This document shows positions 35,281 through 46,231 of a stretch of 64,000 nucleotides of DNA, one piece after another. Each line of letters starts with the position of its first letter. The first letter of the stretch is position 1. The translations under genes were made by a program, and so were the position numbers. The notes beneath the pieces were generated by a model. It worked only from the letters and a program-made list of their open reading frames with translations. It made no database searches and was not told the origin of the DNA. The stretch lies in the IMG/VR virus record IMGVR_UViG_3300045988_129382, positions 136,033 to 200,032 of that record; one strand, given 5' to 3'. The DNA comes from a virus.

Positions 35281-36837
35281 GTGTCTACATATTTAGTAAA
35301 GTATAGACTAGATTCTAAAGTATTCAAAGATGTCTTTGGTGACAATTTAACGTCTGTTTTTGATTTACCAGAATTGAAAGAGACAAATATTAAGAATAAA
35401 AAAGCAAAAGATATCTACGAGACATTATTGAGTCAGTCTAGGTTGTACAACGTAAACGCAACTCCGATAAGTGACTTATTTGTTAAATTAGATAAACAAT
35501 ATGGTCTATCTGAGGGTTCTGAGGTATGTTGTGTGTATACAGATAAGCAAGTCGATACGTATAAGTTTTTAGGTATGGATGTATCTGATGATTTTAATGT
35601 GTACATTAAAACATATAGTGGCTCTATTCGTGTTGAGAGTTTGTATAATAGGGATTTAATTCTTAATTCTAACTGTGAGTTTGACAGAGGTCAAACAAAG
35701 GGTAAGATTTCAAGGGGTAGAGCCAAAGAGATTGCTAATGAAGTATTTAGCGAGAATGGTATGGGTTACGATATTGCACGTGCAGTAGCAACAGCATTGA
35801 AGTGTGGTGGAGCATATTCATTAGCTAGTGGTGTTAAGAAGATGGGTATCAGTAGTACAGAGGAAGCAATGGATTTATTGTCTAAGAGCGTTCTTGCTGA
35901 TATTGTTAGAAATTACACTGGTGATAATGGTTCTAGTTCAGAGAGTGATGTTTTCGATAGTATTGTTTATAATATCGTAAAATCTAAGGTAAATGTACAA
36001 AATATGGCTGTTTCTGATGAGACAGTTGATGATATTGTGTTTGTAACACTAAAGTATCTATTCTATTATTGGGGTACAATCGCCGGTTTATATTCTAGGG
36101 TTAAAGTTGTATTGGGTTCTTTAGATACATTGTCATATATTGCTAGGTTGCAATTAGGTGATACTGATTTCTTCGCTCAATATAAAAATATGTATGAGTT
36201 TAGAGAGATGCATCCTAGTGAGGAGTTTGATAACGCAACTGAGTTGGCTGAACAGCCAGCTGTTGGTTTCTCTTTAAGTGGTATTGTTAAGACACATGCA
36301 TATACTGATTATCTAGCTATCAAAGGTGCTAGTGATATAATGCTTAATATTGATAGTGCTGAAGCGTTTAAAAACTTTAATGATATTCTTATTTCAAATG
36401 TTGATAATACTGACCAAAATTCTTTGGGTGATATTGAAACATTGTCTAATGAGGAATTACAGGCTTTATCTAATATTGATGCATTACGTTATATGACTAG
36501 TGACGATTCTTCATTAAACCCTAGTGCATATGATTTATCTGATAAAGATGAAAGGGACTTATACTTTGATAGTGTTGTTAGGACATATGATAAGAAGTTC
36601 AAAGCGTATAAACCTGTTAAAGATACAGGCATTGTAAATTCTTTGTTAGATACTGTAGAGAATGGTACTATTAACTCCTTAGAATTAATTACTAGGGATG
36701 CTGAGGATGATGGAATTACTGATGTTATTTCATTAACAGGTACTGAGTTACAGATTGATACTGATAAGAAAATGTTACGTAGGATTCTTATGTTAGTTCA
36801 TAAGATGAGTACTAAATTGCTGAAGAAATTCTTATAA
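35281..36837 (+). CDS. hypothetical protein
   Basis: GTG start behind AAAGGGG. 518 aa. Confidence 0.6.
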   Translation: MSTYLVKYRLDSKVFKDVFGDNLTSVFDLPELKETNIKNKKAKDIYETLLSQSRLYNVNATPISDLFVKLDKQYGLSEGSEVCCVYTDKQVDTYKFLGMDVSDDFNVYIKTYSGSIRVESLYNRDLILNSNCEFDRGQTKGKISRGRAKEIANEVFSENGMGYDIARAVATALKCGGAYSLASGVKKMGISSTEEAMDLLSKSVLADIVRNYTGDNGSSSESDVFDSIVYNIVKSKVNVQNMAVSDETVDDIVFVTLKYLFYYWGTIAGLYSRVKVVLGSLDTLSYIARLQLGDTDFFAQYKNMYEFREMHPSEEFDNATELAEQPAVGFSLSGIVKTHAYTDYLAIKGASDIMLNIDSAEAFKNFNDILISNVDNTDQNSLGDIETLSNEELQALSNIDALRYMTSDDSSLNPSAYDLSDKDERDLYFDSVVRTYDKKFKAYKPVKDTGIVNSLLDTVENGTINSLELITRDAEDDGITDVISLTGTELQIDTDKKMLRRILMLVHKMSTKLLKKFL

Positions 36838-36838
36838 G

Positions 36839-38128
36839 ATGAATAATGTTATCACAAAAGATAAAGTTACCTATATTAGTGTTGATTGGATTAAAGAATT
36901 ACATTCATTAAGTAATGTAAACAAGTTCTTTATAAGGTCAACACAATTCTCTAAGACTAGTGAGAAGAAAAAGATTAGAGAGTTAGATGTTGTCAGTGAT
37001 TATATTAGGATTGAAGTTTTAGATTCAGATGCTGAGTTTATCAATATTTTAGGGTTATCTGTTAACGTACTTAATGGTGATATTGCTTTAGGTTTAAATG
37101 TGACAAGTGATTATATTGTTATAGGAAATATATCTAGTATTATAAAATCATCATTTAAGGTTAAAAAGCTACCTGAGTATTTTAATATAAATATGTTCTT
37201 GACTATGATTAAGTTTAACATTGAGATGGTTGAGAATAGTATAGTTACTGTTCTTAGAGATATGTACGAGAGTACGTTACCAGATAGTCAATCAAACTCT
37301 ATTGTATGTAATATTGTTAGACAAAAGTCTGAGTTGTCTGATATAGATGATTTTATAACAAATGTTATGGATATGGTTTCTTGTGGTTATAGTCCTGTAA
37401 GGGGTTTCATAGATTCATGTGTATCATTGTCTTGTAAGTTACAGTCACAGGCTGTGTTATTCTATGGTTCTTTTATAGAGAATATTACTAGTGATGATAT
37501 AGTAAATACATATCAGTATGTTGTTAAGAACAGAGATACTATTAATTGGTCTGATATCATTAAGACATCAAAACCTAACACTGATTTGTTGACATTATAT
37601 TATATTTCAGAGGGTATTCCTGTTGCATATCTTATTTCAATGCTTTCTTATGGGTTTTTAATAAAGCAACGGAAGATAGAGTATTCTTCTAAACCGAATA
37701 TAAACAAAGATTTAGAGTATAGTAGATTTTTACATAGGATAGCTAATTCTTTACAGTCTAATAACTATAGTAAGGATAATGCTAAGACTGTTGTATACAA
37801 TATAATTGATGTTTTTATTTGTAAGGGTAAGTTTAATCTATTACAGTATGCTGTTGAAAATGATAAACTATCTATAGTTGATTATTTATTAAAATCCTTG
37901 AATGTTGATTGGGTATTACGTGATGATGGTATTACAGTAGAGTGGTTTTCAGTCTTAGTTATTGATTATATTAAGAATGTATATCCATTAGTATATAATG
38001 GTTCTTTATATAGAAAGACTATGTTGAGTAAACAGAAAGACTTTGTAAGGGTTTCCATTCCTAAGTTATATCATGTGGGTAAGTTGGTAGATGATATTTC
38101 ATATCCCTTGTTGGGGTTATTTAAATAA
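36839..38128 (+). CDS. hypothetical protein
   Basis: Starts 1 nt after the previous stop. 429 aa. Confidence 0.6.
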   Translation: MNNVITKDKVTYISVDWIKELHSLSNVNKFFIRSTQFSKTSEKKKIRELDVVSDYIRIEVLDSDAEFINILGLSVNVLNGDIALGLNVTSDYIVIGNISSIIKSSFKVKKLPEYFNINMFLTMIKFNIEMVENSIVTVLRDMYESTLPDSQSNSIVCNIVRQKSELSDIDDFITNVMDMVSCGYSPVRGFIDSCVSLSCKLQSQAVLFYGSFIENITSDDIVNTYQYVVKNRDTINWSDIIKTSKPNTDLLTLYYISEGIPVAYLISMLSYGFLIKQRKIEYSSKPNINKDLEYSRFLHRIANSLQSNNYSKDNAKTVVYNIIDVFICKGKFNLLQYAVENDKLSIVDYLLKSLNVDWVLRDDGITVEWFSVLVIDYIKNVYPLVYNGSLYRKTMLSKQKDFVRVSIPKLYHVGKLVDDISYPLLGLFK

Positions 38129-38146
38129 TAGATTAGTGAGGTTTCG

Positions 38147-38749
38147 ATGAGAGGTTATCTCTTTTATAAAGATAAAACACTCATAGAGTTAAGAAAGTTT
38201 TTAACTGTTGGGGATTCCATTTTTGGTAAATTTAGACCGCAAGCAGTTTCTTTCATTAAATATGCTAAGAGTGACTTAGATTCTGAGTTAGATTTGATGG
38301 CTCAGAATGGTAATTTTAGTTTAGAGAGCATCAACTTGGAGAATGTATTTCCTACTAAGTATAAGTGGTTTGTTAAGGACGTAAAGCTTAAATCTCTTAG
38401 GAAATATTTACATGAGGTTGAAGGTCGAATTAGTGAGTTTCAGGGTGGTAAGGAAGATAATCTTCGTTTACTAGTTGGTATTCACTTTTTGAGATTTTTG
38501 TTACTTTCTAAGATTGTAACTTTATATGTTTCTACATATAGTGAGATGAGACGTGTTGGTCTTGATGCAGAAAAGTTGACTTTGAATGATTTAGGGTTAG
38601 GTCAGTCTATTTTAAAATATATCAATTCATTTGAGGAGTTTGACACTAAGACTATTGATGATTGGTTAGCTTTGAGTGTTGATAGTTCTACAATGAAATA
38701 TTATTTTTCAACTATGAAGAGAATTATGACAATCTTAGATTTCAGATAA
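38147..38749 (+). CDS. hypothetical protein
   Basis: RBS GTGAGG. 200 aa. Confidence 0.6.
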   Translation: MRGYLFYKDKTLIELRKFLTVGDSIFGKFRPQAVSFIKYAKSDLDSELDLMAQNGNFSLESINLENVFPTKYKWFVKDVKLKSLRKYLHEVEGRISEFQGGKEDNLRLLVGIHFLRFLLLSKIVTLYVSTYSEMRRVGLDAEKLTLNDLGLGQSILKYINSFEEFDTKTIDDWLALSVDSSTMKYYFSTMKRIMTILDFR

Positions 38750-38787
38750 TAGGACTAATTATTAAGTGGTCTACTTTGTAGACAAAA

Positions 38788-38831
38788 GTGTAAACAAGTG
38801 AGCAAATGTATATTACATTTCTTGTTTACAC
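38788..38831 (+). repeat. perfect 11-bp inverted repeat (hairpin): either a terminator or the left-end hairpin of the IscB element
   Basis: GTGTAAACAAG (38788-38798) pairs with CTTGTTTACAC (38821-38831), between the last phage gene and the IscB non-coding leader. Confidence 0.5.
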
Positions 38832-38834
38832 TTG

Positions 38835-39075
38835 CTTAATGGTAGGTTTCAAGCCTAAGTGATTGCTACTATCGAAAGATATGTTGCAGATATGAACTAC
38901 GTTATGGAAAAGGTTAAAGACACACCTTTAGATGTACTCGTCAGTCTGAAGCTCTGTGAGTGCCAATCAAGAAACTATGTTAATGTTCTGCATAGATAAC
39001 AGAGAAACACATATACCCTCCACGACATTGGCAAGACGAAAAATTCTCCGTAAGGAAGGTGTCCAGAGATGGAAA
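38835..39075 (+). ncRNA. candidate IscB omega-RNA (guide + scaffold) region
   Basis: About 320 nt of ORF-free sequence, visibly less AT-rich than its surroundings, directly upstream of and abutting the iscB start. This is where omega-RNAs of IscB loci are encoded. The exact ends are not determinable by eye. Confidence 0.5.
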
Positions 39076-40307
39076 ATAATATTGAGTATTGTTTTGTAAT
39101 TGATGAAGATAATCAACCTTTAGTGCCAACAAAGGTAAATAGGGGATGGTATCTAATTAGAAAAGGAAGAGCAAAGTTAAAATCTAAATATCCTATGGTA
39201 ATTCAACTAAATAAAAAAGTTGAACCTAATGAAAATGACAAAAGTTATATAGTTTGTGGTATAGATGATGGTTCTGCACATGTTGGTTTAGCTGTTGTTC
39301 AAAAGTGTCCTACTAAAAACAAAGTAGTCTTTAAGGGAACTATTGAACAGCGTCAAGATGTAAAACATTTAATAGATGTTAGACGTGGGTATAGACGTTA
39401 TCATCGTTATCATAAAAGATATAGACCAGAAAGATTTAATAATCGTTCATCTTCTAAAAGAATCGGTAGATTAGCACCAAGCATTAAACAAAAGAAAGAT
39501 GCTATTTTAAGAATACTATATCAATTAAACAAATGGGTAGGCATTCAAGAATATTATCTTGAAGATGTTTGTATAGATATTCGTGCAATGACAGATGGGT
39601 ATAAACCTTATAAATGGCAATATCAAAAATCTAATCGTTTAGATGAAAATCTTAGAAAAGCTACTCTTATTCGTGATAACTATAGATGTCAGGAATGTGG
39701 TAAAACTGATTGCAGATTAGAGGCACATCATATACAAGCTAGAAAATGTAGTGGGGCAGATACTATTGGTAATTTAATTACGCTTTGTTCTAAATGTCAT
39801 CAAAAAACAGAAGGTAAGGAACAAGATTTTGAGGATAAATACTTTAAAATTATTAATTCTAAACCTAAACGATTCGATTATGCAATGTACGTTATGCAAG
39901 GTAAAAACTACCTACGAAACAAGATATCCGAGTTAGGGTTATTACATTTAACTAGTGGTGGTGAAACTGCAAACAAAAGAATTGAATGGAATATAGAAAA
40001 ATCCCACAGCAATGATGCTATATGCATTACAGATAGTATTCCTGACTCTTGTAATATAAAAGAGTGGATTATTAAACCGATGAGAAGAAAATCAAAGGCA
40101 AAAACTGATAATGTGTTGGGGTTTAAGCATAGAGATTTAGTTTCTTATACTTATAAAAATGGAGAAACTTATAAAGGTTATGTTACGTCTTTATGTCAAA
40201 AACGATTAGCTTTGAGTTTTCAATCAAGAGATAAGCGTTGTGATAAAGTAAATGCACGAAAGTGCAGATTACTTTGGAGATTTAACAAAATTTATTGGTT
40301 AGAATGA
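39069..40307 (+). CDS. iscB: IscB RNA-guided nuclease (OMEGA family, Cas9-ancestor type)
   Basis: PLMP-like N-terminus (DNQPLVPT). Ruv[19 protein letters not shown]. Arg-rich bridge helix [22 protein letters not shown]. Ruv[22 protein letters not shown]...LEAHHI...[11 protein letters not shown]. Ruv[12 protein letters not shown]. 412 aa. Confidence 0.85.
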   Translation: MENNIEYCFVIDEDNQPLVPTKVNRGWYLIRKGRAKLKSKYPMVIQLNKKVEPNENDKSYIVCGIDDGSAHVGLAVVQKCPTKNKVVFKGTIEQRQDVKHLIDVRRGYRRYHRYHKRYRPERFNNRSSSKRIGRLAPSIKQKKDAILRILYQLNKWVGIQEYYLEDVCIDIRAMTDGYKPYKWQYQKSNRLDENLRKATLIRDNYRCQECGKTDCRLEAHHIQARKCSGADTIGNLITLCSKCHQKTEGKEQDFEDKYFKIINSKPKRFDYAMYVMQGKNYLRNKISELGLLHLTSGGETANKRIEWNIEKSHSNDAICITDSIPDSCNIKEWIIKPMRRKSKAKTDNVLGFKHRDLVSYTYKNGETYKGYVTSLCQKRLALSFQSRDKRCDKVNARKCRLLWRFNKIYWLE

Positions 40308-40381
40308 TATGTATAGTATGTATAATATGTATAATATTATATATTTGTTTGTGAGTAAGTTTATTCTTATAGGGGTTATAC

Positions 40382-43300
40382 ATGTATAGTATTAGTAATT
40401 ACTTTCCGTTTTTAGATAAAGCGGATTTTGTTAAAAACGTGCGTGAGGTTCATGCCGTTGAAGAGTTCTTAGGTTATGAGCCTTTGATTGTTGATTTTGA
40501 TTCTCCTAGTAAAGATTCAACAAATAAGGTATTTAAAGTCTATAGGATTATGCCTAGTAATACACTATTCTTAGCAGAACTACCTAGTACTGTTTTCAAT
40601 ATTTTCAGTGGTACTTTTGGTAGTGAGATTACTGTTGATATTATGGAGTTTGACTATCAATCCGTTGCTAATTTGATTGAGGTAGACTTAGTTAATGATA
40701 TTAATAAGGCAATATTCCAATGTAATGGTGCATATCTTATTGAGGATATTTTAACAGATAATTTCATTAATGCTTGTGCTAATGGTTTAGATGTTTCATC
40801 TGAATCTTATTCTGAATATAAAGTATTAGAGGATTCAGATAAGATGGATACAGTTTCTATATCCGAGTGGTTGTTTAGCAATGAACATATTGATGAAAGT
40901 TACATTATGGAGTCTGCATTAGATACATTACAACTTTTAAAGGATAGACGTAAAAAAGGTAAGTCTAATGATGCTGAAGATATTAAAGGTAAGGACGCTG
41001 TATATACTTGGTTAGATGCATATTTTTCTTTGCCTGAGGGTGAGGAGATGAAGAGTGGTGGGCGTGAGGTAGTTCCTTTACTTATTGGGCCGACTGCCGT
41101 ATTTAAATCTGCTACTGTTAAAGAATTATGTAAAAAATATAACTATAGGATGGTTGACTTTAGGGTTGCATTTACTTCTAGGTTAGACTATAGTGGTCTA
41201 TTCCAAATTGGTGAGGTAGAGGGCAAAAAATATAGTTACGCTTGTCCTATGGAAGAGATTGTAGTATGTTCTGATGGTTTTAGGGAATTTTGTAAACAGT
41301 CTTATCAGAAGTTAGAAGACATTCTACAAAAGGGTTATACAGAGTCTAGTGTAGCATCTGATGGTAATAGTGTAGAGACAGAGAAAAAATACCTAACAGA
41401 CGAGCAAAAAACTAAGATTGTTGAGTTACAGTTACAGTATAAAAATTACATGCGTACACCAGTGCTTTTCTGTGATGAAATTACACGCTGTCGTGATAAA
41501 GGGGTTAATGGGATTTTGGTACAACTTCTCAATCAGAAGAAGTTAAATGATATGACTTTGAATGGTTGTAAGTTTGTTGCCGCTACTAACCTTGATATTC
41601 AAAAAGGTGTTGAGCGTGAGGAATATCGTATGGAATTAGATATGCTTTATGACGTTAACACTGATTTAGACGTAGCATACTCTAATAGGTTTATTCCTTT
41701 AAAAGTATATCCTAATGACGTTATGGATAGATGGTTTGAGTGGGCAAGTGGTACTACTGATAAGAGAGGTTTTAAGGGTGTAACTAATATTCATCCTGTT
41801 GTATTAGAGTTTTTAAATAATAATCGTGACATGGTGTATACAGATAAGCCTGTGTTGGATGCTATTGCTGATGGTTTATCCGATAATGAACAGCGTACTC
41901 AGGTATTCCCTAATTATCGTACTTGGGATATGTTGTCAGATTATTTGTACTCAGTTGATAAAACTGCTGAGGCTGAAAATGATGGTAAAGAAGATAGTGG
42001 TGAGGAAAAACTTTACAAACGCAAAATCTTAGAGGGTTATGTTTCTAAGTGGTGCTGTGAGAAGTTTATTCCTTTCTTAGAATCTAAAGGTTATAGTAAC
42101 TATGATGATGTAAAAGAACCTGTTAAAGATGATGTAGGTGACTTCTTATCAACTGCTTTAGAAACAGGCTCCCCTGCTATGTTAATTGGGCCGTCTGCAC
42201 TCGGCAAGACCAGTCGTGTTAAACAGTATATGAAAAAGGCTAAGATTAAAACAGGTTTAGAGCCTGTATTAATTAATGTTAACTTAGCTAGTAAAGATGC
42301 TGTTGACCTTATGGGTATGCCTGTTAAACAATCACTAACAGAGTACGTTGGTGGTGGTATTCTTAAAGGTAGTGGTCTTGATGATGTATCTAAAGAATTA
42401 CAAAGTGTAGTAGCTAATGTATCTGCTGATATTAAGTATGGTATGACTGATATCATGACTTTGAGAGCACCTGACAAGACTATTAAAGATAGGTTTGTAA
42501 CTGCACTTAAAGAGGGTAGAGAGGTTATCTTATTTTTCGATGAGGTTAATAGGGTAAGTTCTAATACAGTTACATCAGCTGTATTTGAGGTTATTTCTGA
42601 CTATCGTTTTGCTGGTGTTGATTTCTCTAACTATAAAGATAGAGTTAAAGTAGTTGCCGCTTGTAATATGGCTTGGGAAGGTATGGACGATGAGGCAGGT
42701 GGTTATGGTGATACAGGTACACTTGACCCAGCCTTTGCCGCTAGGTTCTCAATCTATTGGAAGAAAAACTACGATGAGAATGACGTAGCTTCATGGATTG
42801 AGTTCATGGAATCTCAAAAAGAAGAGGGTTTAATTGATGGCACATTGATTGAGTTCTTCAAGGGTTTAGATACAGAGCAAGCCTTAAAAATTATGGCTAG
42901 TGTAGAAAAACGTACATTAGAGGATGCTCAACCGTCTACACGTAACATGTTACAGTTATCTAAAGATATTAAATCTATGCGTGGTAAGAGACAAGAAAAT
43001 GGAACATTTAAAGCTAAGGCTTTCAATGGTAAAATCTTGTTTACTGATGATGTAGTAATGCAGTTTGAGGATTTAATTCTAGAAAGACAGTCTGATTCTT
43101 TAGAAAGTCATGCTCAAAAAACAATTAAGTTCCTAGATTCATTATTGTATGGTAGTGATAGTTGGGAATCTTTATTAATTGGTGATAGCGTTAAAGTTGG
43201 TGATACGTCAATTTCTGCTAGTGATATTGTTGATAGCTTGGCTCAGTGTAGAGACGACTTAAAACAATTTACACTTAAACCTATGTCTGCTGATGATAGA

Positions 43301-43900
43301 GTTGAATGTAGTGATACTATTGACTTAGTAGAAGATTTAGCTGGGTTTGTAAGACAGTTAGATATCAATACTAGTAATAAACGTGAAGATATGTTTAAAA
43401 TGTATTTAGGTGAGAGCATTTTAGGTGAGTTTACTAAATACTTCAATAATACATTTGGTACAAATCTTGATGAGGATATTACTATTGAGCAGTTGAGTGA
43501 TAAGACTCTTATTATTCCATTCATGAAGATTGTACAACGTAATTTCTCTAAATATAGTGGCAATACTGAGAGTATTGTTAAGTATTGCTTGGATTTATGT
43601 AATGATTTTATGGAAGCTCATGGTAAAACATTACCTAATGAAAACTATGCAATGTTCTTGACAGGAATTAAAGACATTTTACCTAATGCAGATAATATGG
43701 TACTATTCTTAAAGAGGTCTGGCGAAAATCTTGAAGATATGTATCAATTAGCTGAGGGTGTGGGTGATGATTGGATTATAGATATTACTAGTGATTTTGG
43801 TAATAAAGTGTCTAGAGAAGATATTGAGAATATCAAAAAAGCTATTAAGGAAAGCAAAAAATCAAAAACACCTAAGAATGTTAAATACAATGTATTATAA
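40382..43900 (+). CDS. large protein with two AAA+ ATPase modules (MoxR / CobS / dynein-related AAA_5-like)
   Basis: Module 1: LLIGPTAVFKSAT (degenerate P-loop) and VLFCDEITR. Module 2: MLIGPSALGKTS and ILFFDEVNR followed by VVAACN. 1172 aa. Confidence 0.7.
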   Translation: MYSISNYFPFLDKADFVKNVREVHAVEEFLGYEPLIVDFDSPSKDSTNKVFKVYRIMPSNTLFLAELPSTVFNIFSGTFGSEITVDIMEFDYQSVANLIEVDLVNDINKAIFQCNGAYLIEDILTDNFINACANGLDVSSESYSEYKVLEDSDKMDTVSISEWLFSNEHIDESYIMESALDTLQLLKDRRKKGKSNDAEDIKGKDAVYTWLDAYFSLPEGEEMKSGGREVVPLLIGPTAVFKSATVKELCKKYNYRMVDFRVAFTSRLDYSGLFQIGEVEGKKYSYACPMEEIVVCSDGFREFCKQSYQKLEDILQKGYTESSVASDGNSVETEKKYLTDEQKTKIVELQLQYKNYMRTPVLFCDEITRCRDKGVNGILVQLLNQKKLNDMTLNGCKFVAATNLDIQKGVEREEYRMELDMLYDVNTDLDVAYSNRFIPLKVYPNDVMDRWFEWASGTTDKRGFKGVTNIHPVVLEFLNNNRDMVYTDKPVLDAIADGLSDNEQRTQVFPNYRTWDMLSDYLYSVDKTAEAENDGKEDSGEEKLYKRKILEGYVSKWCCEKFIPFLESKGYSNYDDVKEPVKDDVGDFLSTALETGSPAMLIGPSALGKTSRVKQYMKKAKIKTGLEPVLINVNLASKDAVDLMGMPVKQSLTEYVGGGILKGSGLDDVSKELQSVVANVSADIKYGMTDIMTLRAPDKTIKDRFVTALKEGREVILFFDEVNRVSSNTVTSAVFEVISDYRFAGVDFSNYKDRVKVVAACNMAWEGMDDEAGGYGDTGTLDPAFAARFSIYWKKNYDENDVASWIEFMESQKEEGLIDGTLIEFFKGLDTEQALKIMASVEKRTLEDAQPSTRNMLQLSKDIKSMRGKRQENGTFKAKAFNGKILFTDDVVMQFEDLILERQSDSLESHAQKTIKFLDSLLYGSDSWESLLIGDSVKVGDTSISASDIVDSLAQCRDDLKQFTLKPMSADDRVECSDTIDLVEDLAGFVRQLDINTSNKREDMFKMYLGESILGEFTKYFNNTFGTNLDEDITIEQLSDKTLIIPFMKIVQRNFSKYSGNTESIVKYCLDLCNDFMEAHGKTLPNENYAMFLTGIKDILPNADNMVLFLKRSGENLEDMYQLAEGVGDDWIIDITSDFGNKVSREDIENIKKAIKESKKSKTPKNVKYNVL

Positions 43901-43943
43901 TTAGTTTGTATGATAGAGGTGTTATATTCTGTATGATTTTGTC

Positions 43944-44378
43944 ATGGATATACACCTCTATTATTTTGTAGGAAGAGATATAGATATGCTAAGTTTCAAA
44001 CATGTTAATGATTTTATTTCTAGATTACCTCTGGATACATTACCTGATTTTGGTGACAATGTTGTGAGTAGTGGTGATTTAGTTGAGTGTTATGCTCCTG
44101 ATTTTGATTTCTCTGATTTAAACATTGCAATTCGCTCATATAATCCTTATAGTTCTAGGATTATTGATAATGGTGTAGATTTTATTGAGTTAAATGATAC
44201 AATCTATGTTGATGGTCTTAAAGTTGATGTAAGGTATTATATTTCTAAAGGTGCTTATGGTAGTGGAACTATTGTTAAAATGGTAACAGATGCTGTATAT
44301 TCATTTGTTAAAGGTGAGTATAGGACTTTCAGTGGATTTAACACGTATAATGCTTTCATTGAAAAGTTTATTGTTTAA
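43944..44378 (+). CDS. hypothetical protein
   Basis: 144-aa ORF. An alternative start at MLSFKHV (43986) is possible. Confidence 0.5.
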   Translation: MDIHLYYFVGRDIDMLSFKHVNDFISRLPLDTLPDFGDNVVSSGDLVECYAPDFDFSDLNIAIRSYNPYSSRIIDNGVDFIELNDTIYVDGLKVDVRYYISKGAYGSGTIVKMVTDAVYSFVKGEYRTFSGFNTYNAFIEKFIV

Positions 44379-44397
44379 TTGATTTGGGGGATTATTA

Positions 44398-46218
44398 ATG
44401 GGATTATCTATTAATGAGAGAAATAGGAGAAAGAAAGTATTAGAATATATTAATAGTTTATCTACTGAAGAGGTAGAAGAATTAAAGAGTTATAATACAA
44501 TCACAGAATCTCTTAATAGTGGTAAGTATGTTAACATGCAAGCCATTCAAGATATATTAGACAATAATACTTTTGAGAAAATTGTATTTGGTAATGGTGA
44601 TACTTTTGACGATAACAAAGCAGTAATTAGTTTGTTCTTTATGTCTAACAAGAATGTAAAACTTGCTGATGGTTCTAAGAATGTATTTAGGATTATAATT
44701 AAACGTGATTTATATTCTAGGGATGATGAGAAGTATTTTTATGTTGAAGGTGGTTTTGAGGAAAACCCATACAGCATTACTGACTTCAATGAATCACCTT
44801 TAAAGTACAATACAAAAGACGCAACAATGACATTTGATTTGTTGGTTGACAAGTGTGATTATAATGCTATTTATGACTCAATGCTACCGTTGGTTGAGAA
44901 TAATTTAAAGCGTTTTGACTTGATGGCATATTCTTTGTTTAAGTCAGACTCTATTAAGCATTTAAGGAACTTTAATATCTCTACATTAGCTGTTGGTTTA
45001 CATAAAAAGACAGGTAGATATATTTATCACTATAATCCTAGATTCATTCTTAGAGAGGCTTTAGAGGAATACGTTAATAGGGGTAGTTTATATAATTCAT
45101 TGCAGGATTGTTATGTGTACTTGTTAACATTCTTTATTGCTCATGAGATGGCACATTTGATTACTAACAATCAAGTTCATTTTAGTGGTGGTAACAGTGA
45201 TGTAGACTTAGATGGAACATATGCTAGTGGTGGTATGGATAACGTGGTTATGGATGGTTTTATCAATGCTAAACTTAAAGTAGCGTTAGCTAGAACACCT
45301 AATTTAACACGTCATGGTTCTTCTAGTGGTGTATTCCCAGCTAATTGCATTAAAGATACAATTCATATGAGGGTACAGCACAATGTCGGATTGAAGAAAT
45401 TTAAATCTGCTGATGATATGATAAATATTGTTGTTGCTACATTAAACAAGGTGTCAGGGTTAGATAAAGATGCAACAGTTGAAGTAAAGAGATGTAAAGA
45501 TAGTCTAAGTGATTATTGGGGTGCTGATGTATTTTGTAATTTCTTTGTAGGTTCTGCTTTTAGAGAGTTACGTGCAAGTTCTCACATATTCCAAAGGGTT
45601 ATTACAGATGTTGTTAGAGTCTTGACTGATGGTAAAATCTATTGGAGTAAGTCTGGTGGGATTACTGATGAAGAAAAGGTATCTGATAAAGAGATTTTAC
45701 CTAATGGTACTCTGGTAAAAGTTAAGGGTACTAATATTGTTGGCATCATTAAAGGGTATAAACCGGTTAAGAAAGATGATTATATCACTTTAGATGTTTA
45801 CTCAGTTAATAAAGCTAAGATTGATAGTGTTGATGTTACAGATTTAGGTAATGATTCTAAGCTAAACTCTCCTGTATATGTTGATAGTGGTAACTTCTAT
45901 GCTGATTTAGATAGAAAATACATTATACCTATTGATGGTTCTTATGGTTCATGGGTAGAAGGTACGACTGAAGAAAAAACAAGCTTATCTGCTGAAGATT
46001 TAGCTGATGATAATTCTTCTAATGGCAATAATTCTGACAGTAACATGGGTGATATGGGTGGTACACAGCCTAAGTCAGTAAAAGTGGGCGATATCGTATG
46101 GATTTCTAAGAAAAAGAAATTTGGTATTGTTACTTCGATTGTAAATGGCTCATTCCATGTTGAAGATGTTAGAGAAGAGCCTTGTGTTGTTTTAGATGAT
46201 TCTGATAATCATTTATAG
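44398..46218 (+). CDS. putative HExxH zinc metallopeptidase-domain protein (DUF2201_N-like) with C-terminal KOW/SH3-like segments
   Basis: RBS GGGGGA. Motif FFIAHEMAHLITNN. Segments NGTLVKVKGTNIVGIIKGY and KVGDIVWISKKKKFGIVTSI. Confidence 0.55.
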   Translation: MGLSINERNRRKKVLEYINSLSTEEVEELKSYNTITESLNSGKYVNMQAIQDILDNNTFEKIVFGNGDTFDDNKAVISLFFMSNKNVKLADGSKNVFRIIIKRDLYSRDDEKYFYVEGGFEENPYSITDFNESPLKYNTKDATMTFDLLVDKCDYNAIYDSMLPLVENNLKRFDLMAYSLFKSDSIKHLRNFNISTLAVGLHKKTGRYIYHYNPRFILREALEEYVNRGSLYNSLQDCYVYLLTFFIAHEMAHLITNNQVHFSGGNSDVDLDGTYASGGMDNVVMDGFINAKLKVALARTPNLTRHGSSSGVFPANCIKDTIHMRVQHNVGLKKFKSADDMINIVVATLNKVSGLDKDATVEVKRCKDSLSDYWGADVFCNFFVGSAFRELRASSHIFQRVITDVVRVLTDGKIYWSKSGGITDEEKVSDKEILPNGTLVKVKGTNIVGIIKGYKPVKKDDYITLDVYSVNKAKIDSVDVTDLGNDSKLNSPVYVDSGNFYADLDRKYIIPIDGSYGSWVEGTTEEKTSLSAEDLADDNSSNGNNSDSNMGDMGGTQPKSVKVGDIVWISKKKKFGIVTSIVNGSFHVEDVREEPCVVLDDSDNHL

Positions 46219-46231
46219 GGGGTATAAATAG

